This document shows positions 38,531 through 48,163 of a DNA stretch of 64,000 bases, one piece after another (position 1 is the stretch's first letter; every line of letters starts with the position of its first letter). The stretch spans positions 1 to 64,000 of the forward strand of contig CBFIJH010000002.1 of assembly GCA_965662895.1 (NCBI GenBank), read 5' to 3'. A program made the position numbers and the translations under genes. The notes under the pieces were generated by a model. That model was given only the letters and a program-made list of their open reading frames with translations. It had not been told where the DNA came from and made no database searches. The stretch comes from Candidatus Poseidoniaceae archaeon (GTDB taxonomy: Archaea > Thermoplasmatota > Poseidoniia > Poseidoniales > Poseidoniaceae).

Positions 38531-41500
38531 ATGTTATCCCTCGATACGAAGAAAAAAGCAATAGCCCTTATTGCCCTTATGATGGTTTCAGCACTAGCTG
38601 GTTGTCTTGGCAATGACGATGACGATACGGATGACTCATCGGATTCGAACAACAATAACGACAATACCAACAACACAACAACTGTTGATGATAATACCGG
38701 TATTGATGTCGGAACGGTGACTTGTGGACCAGATGGTTCCATCAAGATCGCAGGTTCCTCGACGGTATTGCCTCTTGCAGAAATCTGGGCAGAATACTAC
38801 CAAGAGAACTGTGAAGGCGTCACCATCACCGTCGAAAGCGGCGGATCCGGTGGCGGTGCTGGCCGAGTATGTGCCAACTCCGCTAAGGGTACACCTGTCG
38901 ACATTGGTGACATGTCCCGTGACTGGAAAGACACAGAGGCAACACGTGGTGACGATGGTTACACAATGGACTGTCTCGCAGGCGACACTTCTCGCTCCGC
39001 TCGACAAATCCAGGTTGCTATCGATGGATTGTCCGTTGTCATGAAGAAGGGCGGTGCTGCTGACACTTGTGTCAACACACACCTCGGCGGGCTCACTGTC
39101 GATCAACTCCGCTGGATGTTCTCCGCAGAAGCTGACACAGGCTACACACCTGCCAACGATGACGGAGATGCAGTCAAAGAATGGTCCGACCTCGACGCAG
39201 ACTGCGGTGCGGCAGAAATCGTTCTTGCATACCCTGACGCTGACTCTGGTACCTACGAGTACTTCTACGAAACTGTCCTCGATGAGGCTGAAGAAGGATT
39301 CCGATCCGGTACACAGTCCGCTGACGACAACGTTCTCGTCAACACACTGATCGGTGATGAAACCTCGATTGGTTACTTCGGATACGCATACTACCAAGAG
39401 AACATGGCAACCCTCGCTGCTGCTGCAGTCGAGAACAGTGCCGGAAACATGGTTGCTCCAACCTCCACAAGTGTCGGTGACGGAACCTACAACCCACTTT
39501 CCCGCCCATTGTTCATGAATCTCCTCAACGACGAAGATTCCCTCGAGAACACCGTCCCATTCCTCGAATTTGGACTTGGTGACGGAGGCGACCTCCTCGT
39601 TGCTGAAGTAGGATACGTAGCACTCCCTGACTCCCTTGACACTGTCATGGCCAGTCGTCTGGCTGGAGGCGTAGGTGCTTCATTCTGTGGACCAGATGGT
39701 TCCATCTCCATTGCGGGATCCTCCACTGTTCTACCACTTGCCGAAGCATGGGCAGAAGACTACCAAAATGCGTGTGATGGAGTTACCATCACCGTCGAAA
39801 GCGGTGGATCTGGTGGCGGTGCTGGCCGAGTCTGTGCCAACTCCGCTAAGGGTACACCTGTCGACATTGGTGACATGTCCCGTGACTGGAAGAGCACAGA
39901 AGCTGACCGACAGGCAAACGGATTCATCCTCGACTGTCTCGCTGGCGACACATCTCGTGACGCTGCTCAAATCCAGGTTGCTATCGACGGATTGTCCGTT
40001 GTTATGAAGAAGGGTGGCGCTGCTGACACTTGTGTTAACACACACCTCGGCGGACTCACTGTCCACCAACTCCGTTGGATCTTCTCCGCTGAAACCGATG
40101 CTGAACTCGTAGGTGCAGGTTTGGACCTCGGAACTGAAATTGGAAACGATGACGGTGACACAACCCGAGAATGGTCTGACCTCAACGCAAACTGTGGAGA
40201 TGCTGAAATCGTTCTTGCATACCCAGACGCTGACTCTGGTACATACGAGTACTTCTATGAAACAGCACTCGATGAGGCATCTGCAGGATTCCGTGCAGGT
40301 ACACAATCCGCTGACGACAACGTTCTCGTCAACGCTCTAACCGGCGATGAGACCGCTATCGGATACTTCGGATACGCATACTACCAAGAGAACATGGCAA
40401 CACTCGCTGCTGCTGCTATCGAGAACAGTGATGGTAACATGATCACTCCAAACGCCAACAGCGTTCGTGATGGATCCTACAACCCACTCTCTCGACCGCT
40501 CTTCATGAATCTCCTCGTCGATGGTGCAACTCTCGAGAACACCATCCCATTCATGCTCTATGGATTGGACACCGAGGCTGGAAGTCAAGCTGTTGCAGAA
40601 GTTGGATATGTTTCACTGAACGATTACCAAAAGCACCAGATGGTCTTTGGCCGACTCGCTCACCTCCAAGGGTTCACAACAGAAGGCAACGACCACATCT
40701 TCGAAGACATGTGTGCCGCAGCAGGAAGCATCTCCATTGCTGGTTCGTCAACTGTTCTACCACTTGCTGAAGCATGGGCAGAAGATTACCAAGAAATCTG
40801 TGGTGACACATCCATCACCGTCGAAAGCGGTGGATCTGGTGCTGGTGCTGGCCGAGTTTGTGCCAACTCCGCGAAGGGTACACCTGTCGACATTGGTGAC
40901 ATGTCCCGAGACTGGAAGAGCACAGAAGGTAGCGTTGACGCAAACGGACAACTCAACTGTCTTGTCGGTGACACATCCATTACCGTAACACAACTTGTTG
41001 TTGCAGTCGACGGATTGTCGGTTGTCTCCAAGAAGGGCGGTGCTGCTGACGTTTGTATGCAAAACATGGGCGGTATGACCGCTGCTCAACTCCGATGGGT
41101 CTTCTCTGCTGAGACAGACACTGAGTTGACCGCAGCTGGCCTCGTTCTCTCCAGTGTTGTCCCTAATGATGACGGAGACGGGGTCAAGGAATGGTCCGAT
41201 CTCAGCGCAAACTGTGGCTCAAATGCAATTGTTCTCGCATACCCTGATGCAGACTCTGGAACATACGAGTACTTCTACGAAGAAATCCTCCACGAGGCTG
41301 CTGCTGGATTCGGAACCGGTACACAATCGTCTGATGACAACGTATTGGTCAACGCAATCCTCGGTGATGAGCATGCAATTGGATACTTCGGATACGCATA
41401 CTACCAAGAGAACATGGCAACACTCGGTGCTGTTGCTGTCTCCAACAACCATACACATGGTGTTGCAGACGCTCCTGAAGACGCTGTGGCCCCAACACCA

Positions 41501-41716
41501 CAGACTGTTCGAGACGGAAGCTACGCACCGTTGTCCCGACCGTTGTTCATGAACGTGAACAACGATGCTTGGGACAAAGTCAGCCCATTCCTCCAGTGGG
41601 CGTTCTCTGGGGACGGTAGCGCTGTCATCTCAGAGGTCGGTTACGTACCTCTGGATGACGCCACGTACCAAGAGATGATTCGACGTATCCTCGCAGAGGG
41701 CGTCTACGCTGCTTGA
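38531..41716 (+). CDS. pstS: Phosphate-binding lipoprotein with three tandem PstS domains
   Basis: Lipobox LAGC; three copies each of IAGSSTVLP, ESGGSG.G, DIGDMSR, A(I/V)DGLSVV, DSGTYEYF, IGYFGYAYY and Y.PLSRPLF. Confidence 0.93.
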   Translation: MLSLDTKKKAIALIALMMVSALAGCLGNDDDDTDDSSDSNNNNDNTNNTTTVDDNTGIDVGTVTCGPDGSIKIAGSSTVLPLAEIWAEYYQENCEGVTITVESGGSGGGAGRVCANSAKGTPVDIGDMSRDWKDTEATRGDDGYTMDCLAGDTSRSARQIQVAIDGLSVVMKKGGAADTCVNTHLGGLTVDQLRWMFSAEADTGYTPANDDGDAVKEWSDLDADCGAAEIVLAYPDADSGTYEYFYETVLDEAEEGFRSGTQSADDNVLVNTLIGDETSIGYFGYAYYQENMATLAAAAVENSAGNMVAPTSTSVGDGTYNPLSRPLFMNLLNDEDSLENTVPFLEFGLGDGGDLLVAEVGYVALPDSLDTVMASRLAGGVGASFCGPDGSISIAGSSTVLPLAEAWAEDYQNACDGVTITVESGGSGGGAGRVCANSAKGTPVDIGDMSRDWKSTEADRQANGFILDCLAGDTSRDAAQIQVAIDGLSVVMKKGGAADTCVNTHLGGLTVHQLRWIFSAETDAELVGAGLDLGTEIGNDDGDTTREWSDLNANCGDAEIVLAYPDADSGTYEYFYETALDEASAGFRAGTQSADDNVLVNALTGDETAIGYFGYAYYQENMATLAAAAIENSDGNMITPNANSVRDGSYNPLSRPLFMNLLVDGATLENTIPFMLYGLDTEAGSQAVAEVGYVSLNDYQKHQMVFGRLAHLQGFTTEGNDHIFEDMCAAAGSISIAGSSTVLPLAEAWAEDYQEICGDTSITVESGGSGAGAGRVCANSAKGTPVDIGDMSRDWKSTEGSVDANGQLNCLVGDTSITVTQLVVAVDGLSVVSKKGGAADVCMQNMGGMTAAQLRWVFSAETDTELTAAGLVLSSVVPNDDGDGVKEWSDLSANCGSNAIVLAYPDADSGTYEYFYEEILHEAAAGFGTGTQSSDDNVLVNAILGDEHAIGYFGYAYYQENMATLGAVAVSNNHTHGVADAPEDAVAPTPQTVRDGSYAPLSRPLFMNVNNDAWDKVSPFLQWAFSGDGSAVISEVGYVPLDDATYQEMIRRILAEGVYAA
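38722..41690 (+). repeat. Three ~1-kb internal direct repeats (PstS domains)
   Basis: Units start near 38722, 39686 and 40712; long identical nucleotide stretches are shared between units. Confidence 0.9.
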
Positions 41717-41770
41717 TTAAGTAAGCAAAGGCGATCGTCGTAACCACTAGGAACAATTCCTGGTGTGGCC

Positions 41771-41811
41771 GAGGGGCTGGATACTCCGGTATCCAGTCCC
41801 TCTTTTTTTTT
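41771..41811 (+). terminator. Intrinsic terminator-like hairpin with U-tract after pstS
   Basis: GAGGGGCTGGATAC-TCCG-GTATCCAGTCCCTC: 14-bp stem with one G-U pair and a cUCCGg loop, followed by T9. Confidence 0.85.
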
Positions 41812-41897
41812 ATTTCAATATTCATAGACATATATAGATTATTTAGTGTGAAGCAATGTCCAATCCCGATTAGGCGGCATCAAGGCCGTGGTCGATT

Positions 41898-44339
41898 ATG
41901 CGAATACGAGCCCGAATCGAAGAAGGCGCCCCCGGGTTGGTGCTCTTCGCCCTCGCTGCAACCGTTGTTATGATTACATCGGGAATTGTCTACGTACTGT
42001 TCGACAATGGTTCGAAATTCTATCGTGGCTTCGCTTGTGGCGCAGATGACTTCAAACCTCCACAAGATTGGGATGAAGATCTCAAAGCCAGCATCAAAGA
42101 CGCTGCGAACTATTCCGACGGTTCCATATCAGACCCGCTCTGGTTGAATTCGTTGTGCATTACAGAGTTCGATATGGATCACGAAGTCGTATTGGCTGAT
42201 CCATTGATTGATCGTTTCCAATGGGACGTTGATGCGAAATCCTATCCTGAAGGAGACGATCGTGAAGCTTCGGTGTTCACGCTGGAAGATGGGACAGAAA
42301 TACGTGGGCCGCGAGTCGATGAAGGGCGGCCATATCTAACCGATTATTTCACTCAAAATCCAGACAAATGGGATTCTGAATATCCTACGATCCCTCTCGG
42401 CGTTATTTCTGCCAATGAGAAAGCCCTCATTCTCCACACTCAGAACCCTGACCTGGCCCGTGAGTGGTGGGTCACAATATGGATTGGAGATGATGATGTA
42501 CGCATTGACATGGAAAACTTCTCCCTCGGACTGACCGAGTATTCCATGGGAGCCGTGTACAAAGAAGGTGATTTTGCCCGAGTTGAAGTTGATACCTATT
42601 GTGGGTTTGAAGAAGAGAACCAGGAATCGCTGAACACGATGCTTACAGATGCTGGAATTGAGGTTGTCGACGATTGTTTCACACTTGAGAACCACCTCTA
42701 CCCAAACATCCACGCTCAAGCATCTTCGGATGGGCTGGATGTTGAAACTGAATACCTCGCTTACAAAGCAAATGGATTCCATAAACCAGAGATTGGTGAT
42801 GAGCTGGGCAATGGTTCAACCGCATGGAACCTTGTTGGAGATGCAGACCTCCCGTACGATTACGATCAAGACGGCGTATGGAACACCAAATCCGACGGAC
42901 AAGGTGGCCTTGCAGACAACGATATCGATGGGGATGGAATTGCCAACAAAGTCGACCATGATATGGACAACGATGGCATTCCGAACGCGTATGATAGCGA
43001 CCCGGTGCTTCCTAACGTTGACTGGGTTGGTATTCTTTTGGCATTGCTTACGCTCGGTGTTGTTGCTGGCGCTTATCTGAGTCCGCAGTGGCTGCCCAAA
43101 CTCAGCATAGAAACCATCGATGCAACCATCCCCACCCTCAAGAGCGTAGCCTATCTTGTTGTCTTGATTGGTTTCATGTCGCTTATCAGTCCACCAAGCG
43201 GTATACTCCTGATGACACTGCTTGCTTTGATGGTTATTCTCACGGTTTTGATTCGCCGTATCGATGGAGGGTATCCCATGCCTCTCATCGCAATCGGCCT
43301 TACTTCGCTCTTCTTCGCACTCTTCTCCATCCACAAAATTCAAACAGGCCATACCATCTTCCTTGGCGGAGCGATGATCTTCATGTCCAACGTCATCAGC
43401 GATACCAGAAACCAAGCGGGCGTCGAACGAACGGCAATTATGGAGGGCGATTCTCGTTCATTGATGACACTCATCATTCTCGTTACGTTCATGCTTTGCT
43501 ACTTTGATTTCGTCGCCCGAGTAAACGGGTCCCTCGGAGAGTTCCTCACCCAGACATGGTGGAAGACGGACGTTCGTACCGTGAGCGTCGTTACTGTTGG
43601 TGAAGACCTGCACATGGGTGTCAATTCGTTGTTGCAAACGACACTGCAGGTTGCGCTCGGGGCTCTCGTTATCGCTATCCCAATCGGATTGGGAACTGCG
43701 ATTTACCTCTCCGAATACGCAAGCCAACGAACTGCAAACTTTGTCAAACCGATTCTCGAACTGCTTGCTGGTATTCCATCGGTCGTTTACGGATTCTTTG
43801 CTTTCGTGGTTATCGCTCCAATTGTGGTTGATGTCGGAACGTATTTCTTGGAACGTGGCTGGATTGCTGAAGAACCCCAACTGTTCAATCCACTGAGCGG
43901 TGCAATCGTTGTTGGAATTATGATCACACCACTGATCGCTTCCCTTTCTGAGGACGCACTGCGAGCCGTTCCAGACAACCTTCGCCAAGCATCCTACGCA
44001 CTTGGTGCTACGCCTGTTGAGACAACTGCTCGAGTTACCGTTCCATCGGCGCTTTCAGGAATTCTTGCATCGATTATCCTCGCTCTCTCACGAGCGATTG
44101 GGGAAACAATGGCAGTCACATTGTCTGTAGGAACACTCGCCACTTATTCGAACAACATGTTCCGAAGTGCGCAAACAATGACGGCATACATTGCCCAACG
44201 AATCGGTGGCGAACTCCCGATTGGAACAACTCCGTATTACTCACTCTTCGCTGTCGGATTCTATCTCTTCTTTATCACACTAGGGCTGAATCTCATCGGC
44301 CATAGAATCATGACGCGATTCCGGGAGGCGTACGATTGA
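41898..44339 (+). CDS. pstC: Phosphate ABC permease PstC, greatly extended
   Basis: C-terminal core IPIGLGTAIYLSEYA, KPILELLAGIPSVVYG, SEDALRAVP...ASYALGA and SRAIGETMAV; about 340-aa acidic insert and extra TM helices. Confidence 0.92.
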   Translation: MRIRARIEEGAPGLVLFALAATVVMITSGIVYVLFDNGSKFYRGFACGADDFKPPQDWDEDLKASIKDAANYSDGSISDPLWLNSLCITEFDMDHEVVLADPLIDRFQWDVDAKSYPEGDDREASVFTLEDGTEIRGPRVDEGRPYLTDYFTQNPDKWDSEYPTIPLGVISANEKALILHTQNPDLAREWWVTIWIGDDDVRIDMENFSLGLTEYSMGAVYKEGDFARVEVDTYCGFEEENQESLNTMLTDAGIEVVDDCFTLENHLYPNIHAQASSDGLDVETEYLAYKANGFHKPEIGDELGNGSTAWNLVGDADLPYDYDQDGVWNTKSDGQGGLADNDIDGDGIANKVDHDMDNDGIPNAYDSDPVLPNVDWVGILLALLTLGVVAGAYLSPQWLPKLSIETIDATIPTLKSVAYLVVLIGFMSLISPPSGILLMTLLALMVILTVLIRRIDGGYPMPLIAIGLTSLFFALFSIHKIQTGHTIFLGGAMIFMSNVISDTRNQAGVERTAIMEGDSRSLMTLIILVTFMLCYFDFVARVNGSLGEFLTQTWWKTDVRTVSVVTVGEDLHMGVNSLLQTTLQVALGALVIAIPIGLGTAIYLSEYASQRTANFVKPILELLAGIPSVVYGFFAFVVIAPIVVDVGTYFLERGWIAEEPQLFNPLSGAIVVGIMITPLIASLSEDALRAVPDNLRQASYALGATPVETTARVTVPSALSGILASIILALSRAIGETMAVTLSVGTLATYSNNMFRSAQTMTAYIAQRIGGELPIGTTPYYSLFAVGFYLFFITLGLNLIGHRIMTRFREAYD

Positions 44340-47300
44340 CGAAACAAAAAATCGACCTTTCCGACAAAGGGTTGTTTGGAACCTCCTTGTTGCCAAAGCG
44401 CTCATTGAAGCGCCGGTATCTTGCTGCAAAGACTGGCAAGACCGTGTTTGTTGCCATTGCCATAACATGTGGAATCATTCTCGTCACGCTCCTGACGCAA
44501 ATTTCCAGTGAAGCCTTCGTACCAACAGAAGAATTTGAAGTCGAGCGAAGTGAAACGTACTCAGAGAAGGGGACCAATTCCGGCGTGTTTTATCACAAGC
44601 CCGCTGAAACGCAACTTTCCTGGGAAGCTGAGACATGGAATCCAAATTGGGCTGAAGACGACTTACGCCAAGAACGCGAAAACATCACAATACAAGCTTC
44701 ATGGACGGAGCGTCATTTCCAAGCCTACAACGATGCAGGAGATACCTTCGTTCAAAACGGACAAGACACGTGGGATCTTGAAGAGGACCTCGAGCGCGCC
44801 CTGTGCGATGAAGGGGTTGCTAAAACCACCTACAGGCCGGTCGAACCATGGTCGCTCTCCCACCTTTTGCTCATCGGATCTGCCGACGAATACGAATACA
44901 AACTTGGTGAAGATTGGCGAATTACAATCTATTGGAGAGAGACTGCGCCGACGCCAAATCTCGGAAATTACTGGATTCATATTGATGACAACGACACGTC
45001 CGATGTCAGTGATGATGAGATCATCGAGCGATACGTCTGGCGGGGGCTTCGATGGGAAGTTGTTGGTGAAGACGCCTACCTCGACGAGGCAATGGCCCTT
45101 GCCGGCGATGATCAGTCCACATGGGGCGATGGGAAAATCCGACTCATTTACCGTCAAATCCCATGGACAGGATGGCAAAATGGAGATTTGTTGTTCTACA
45201 ATACGGGACAGGGTACACCTGTCGTTGCTGTTAGCCAGAAAAACATGCCAGACATCCCACTTGACGCAATCAACCCCATCCTCCTCAACCCCGCAGAGAA
45301 CATCAAATCCTTCGTACCTGAATTTTGTACAATGGAAGAGACATCAAAATACATTCTCGATGAAGGGCTCACTGGAAGTTACGTGATCGGTGAAGTCACC
45401 AACGACGATGGATACGTCATCGAAGAGTTGGACGATTCGGGACTATCGGTCATTGCTGAACTTACGATTGCGATTTCTGAAACTGGAGAAGGTCATGATG
45501 AATGGGTCATGATTGACAATCGTGGATTCATCAACTACGACCACGATAACGATGGATACGGAAACATGTTCTGGGATTTAGACAGTGACGGCGATGGTGT
45601 CTGTGATTATTACCCCGAAGAAATACCAGGCGGTCCGTTCAAGTGCAGCAAAGCAGATGGTCCACTTACCGAAGATACAAATCAAGACGGTCGAATTGAC
45701 ATCAACGACTACGGCGAAAATCCTGTCGATTACGGCGTCGAAGTCATCGAAGATACGGACTCCATCTATCACACTCGGACAACGGACGCACTGATTTTGA
45801 GTCCATCTCGAAGTTCTGATAATTGGCTGTATATTCTTCATGACCTGAACTATACAGTAACGATTCAACAAAATTCAGGGCCGCCAATGGATGCAAAAGA
45901 ATCCTCCTACCAAGAAATAGGTGGATTCGCCCTTGGAAGCCCAGTCGATTGGTTCCAGCCAAAATTCATCGGCGATGATGACTTTGACAACGATGGTACC
46001 ATTGATGTCTGTGATGATGATATCGACCAAGATGGAGACAGCAACCCAGTCTATGGTGACGCAGAGAAGTGCCCTGATGCGTACGAATGGATTGAACAGA
46101 AAAATTCCACCCTCGATGCTCTACGTGGGCAGTTGGAATCCATCGATACAAACACTGATGAGTATACAAGAATCTCGGATTTGATCAGTGAAATCGAAGA
46201 TTCAGATTTCGCACTCTTTGTCCATCTTCACGACGAAAACGGAGACGGCGTCCACGATGATGCAAAAGATCGTGATATCGATGGTGATGGTGTTCCCAAC
46301 CTCATCGATGGCCAGGGGACATGGGCAGGACGCTCAATGACTTCTCCATTTTCCGCAGAAGAACAAGAGGCAATCAACCTCTATGTCGAGGAACTCAAAG
46401 AAACCAAGTGCAGTGACACCTACAAGAAAAGCAGCCTGGAGTATGCATCAAAGGATTGCAGTAATGCAAAGGAATTGAACAATTCAAAACCAACAACGCC
46501 TCAGCAATTCTGTGATGGGATTCGTACCCTCAACCAACAGGATTGGTTGATCAGTTGCGCAGCACCCATCAATCATGAATCTGGAGAAGAAATCCTGGAA
46601 CATCGAAACCCTTGGTTACCACTCACTGCTATGATCGGGCTTGTTGGAATGATTGCCATTATGAGGACACCAGAATGGGCCATTCAGAAACTGCGCAACG
46701 GAATGATTTGGATTGGAACCAAAGAAGTTGAATCTGAGAAGTTCACCATGTATTCCTGGTTTTCATACACAAGCGAATTCACAAATCGTTTGATCAGTGT
46801 TCTCCTACGCCTGATTTTCACAGTCATAGGCGGATTGATTTTCTTCTCAACGTTCTCGGATTCTCAACCTGTTCTTCTCGTTCCATTCACCTTCATTATC
46901 GGAGGCGCAGTCACTCTGATGGCGTCAATTGCCCTCGTTTCTGCGGTAATGGACATCGTCCGTTTGAGACCTGAGAAAGTCATTCCAAAAGCAGAGGGTG
47001 TCGTCGATGTTATACTACTGGGCGCTACATTACTTACATGGTACATCGCCATCACATGGGCTCTCGTTGAAGGGTGGATTGTTGGCGGAATCCTCCTTCT
47101 GTTCATTCTTTCAGGTGTTAAGAAACTCGTTCTTGGTGCCTTGCAATTGACGCGTTCAAACACGTTCAAGGACGACCGTCTTCGGCTCGTCGTAAAAGGA
47201 AGAGATGGTTGGCTGATGGCGGCATTTGTCATCCTTGTTATCGCCTTCATTTCCATACCAATAAGCATCCATATCCCATTCATTTGGTCAGATTTTACTT

Positions 47301-48163
47301 CTTCTGAGCCATACAAAGCAGGTTTGCGTGCTGCATTCTGGGGAAGCGTCTATGTGGTGACCTACACGATGCTGTTTGCCATTCCATTATCGCTTGGAGC
47401 TGCAATCTGGCTCGAAGAATACGCACCAAACAACCGATTCCGAAGGGCAATTCAGGCACTTATCACCAATCTTGCAGGTGTACCTGCAATCGTTTTCGGT
47501 CTGTTTGGCCTTGCCCTTTTCCTCACCGATCGGGGAATCGGACTGGGGCTCGGAGGCACAGTCCTGACTGCAGGAATGACCATGGCAACAATGGCCATGC
47601 CAACCATCGTCATCTCATCACAAGAAGCCCTGCGTGCCGTTCCGCCATCGCTTCGTAACGCTGCATTCGGCTTAGGATGTACGAAGTGGCAAGTGACCAA
47701 AGATCACGTTCTACCGCACGCCATGCCTGGAATGATGACGGGAACCATTCTCGCCATGTCAAGAATCATGGGTGAAGCAGCTCCATTGATTCTTGTCGGG
47801 GCTGTTGCGTCTGTCTTTACCGAACCAGATGCGTTCTTCTACATCTCCTACGACTTTGCTCCGAACTTTGATTATCTCTTTGCATGGATTCCTGGCGTTG
47901 AACCATACTTGCAAAACCTTCCGTTCTGGGCAGATCGTGAATTGTTCTCCGCAGATCCAAGTGCATACACTGGTGCCGATACAAACGACCGTGGAGCGTA
48001 CACTGTTCTCCCAGTACAGGTTTATCGATGGACAGACATGCCTGCTACAGGATTCAAGGTTGCAGCAGCAGGAGCGTCCATCGTCCTCCTCGGTACGCTG
48101 CTTGTCGTCAATTCTGCTGCCATTCTTCTCCGTGCTCACTTCAGGAGGTATTCGAACACATGA
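44336..48163 (+). CDS. pstA: Phosphate ABC permease PstA, greatly extended
   Basis: Core [34 protein letters not shown]...AAFGLG and [10 protein letters not shown]; about 700-aa acidic insert; TTG start overlaps the pstC stop. Confidence 0.92.
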   Translation: MTKQKIDLSDKGLFGTSLLPKRSLKRRYLAAKTGKTVFVAIAITCGIILVTLLTQISSEAFVPTEEFEVERSETYSEKGTNSGVFYHKPAETQLSWEAETWNPNWAEDDLRQERENITIQASWTERHFQAYNDAGDTFVQNGQDTWDLEEDLERALCDEGVAKTTYRPVEPWSLSHLLLIGSADEYEYKLGEDWRITIYWRETAPTPNLGNYWIHIDDNDTSDVSDDEIIERYVWRGLRWEVVGEDAYLDEAMALAGDDQSTWGDGKIRLIYRQIPWTGWQNGDLLFYNTGQGTPVVAVSQKNMPDIPLDAINPILLNPAENIKSFVPEFCTMEETSKYILDEGLTGSYVIGEVTNDDGYVIEELDDSGLSVIAELTIAISETGEGHDEWVMIDNRGFINYDHDNDGYGNMFWDLDSDGDGVCDYYPEEIPGGPFKCSKADGPLTEDTNQDGRIDINDYGENPVDYGVEVIEDTDSIYHTRTTDALILSPSRSSDNWLYILHDLNYTVTIQQNSGPPMDAKESSYQEIGGFALGSPVDWFQPKFIGDDDFDNDGTIDVCDDDIDQDGDSNPVYGDAEKCPDAYEWIEQKNSTLDALRGQLESIDTNTDEYTRISDLISEIEDSDFALFVHLHDENGDGVHDDAKDRDIDGDGVPNLIDGQGTWAGRSMTSPFSAEEQEAINLYVEELKETKCSDTYKKSSLEYASKDCSNAKELNNSKPTTPQQFCDGIRTLNQQDWLISCAAPINHESGEEILEHRNPWLPLTAMIGLVGMIAIMRTPEWAIQKLRNGMIWIGTKEVESEKFTMYSWFSYTSEFTNRLISVLLRLIFTVIGGLIFFSTFSDSQPVLLVPFTFIIGGAVTLMASIALVSAVMDIVRLRPEKVIPKAEGVVDVILLGATLLTWYIAITWALVEGWIVGGILLLFILSGVKKLVLGALQLTRSNTFKDDRLRLVVKGRDGWLMAAFVILVIAFISIPISIHIPFIWSDFTSSEPYKAGLRAAFWGSVYVVTYTMLFAIPLSLGAAIWLEEYAPNNRFRRAIQALITNLAGVPAIVFGLFGLALFLTDRGIGLGLGGTVLTAGMTMATMAMPTIVISSQEALRAVPPSLRNAAFGLGCTKWQVTKDHVLPHAMPGMMTGTILAMSRIMGEAAPLILVGAVASVFTEPDAFFYISYDFAPNFDYLFAWIPGVEPYLQNLPFWADRELFSADPSAYTGADTNDRGAYTVLPVQVYRWTDMPATGFKVAAAGASIVLLGTLLVVNSAAILLRAHFRRYSNT

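Noticed and set aside
38636-41458. Several long antisense and alternative-frame ORFs over pstS, themselves repeated
   Set aside because: They are a by-product of strong codon bias and the triplication, with no recognisable motifs.
44508-45386. 292-aa alternative-frame ORF inside pstA
   Set aside because: It is fully nested, S/T/R-rich and without motifs, as expected for a shifted frame of an acidic protein.
42000-46610. Inteins as the explanation for the PstC/PstA inserts
   Set aside because: I saw no C/S...HN-C/S/T splice junctions or LAGLIDADG motifs, and the inserts are acidic regions flanked by TM helices.
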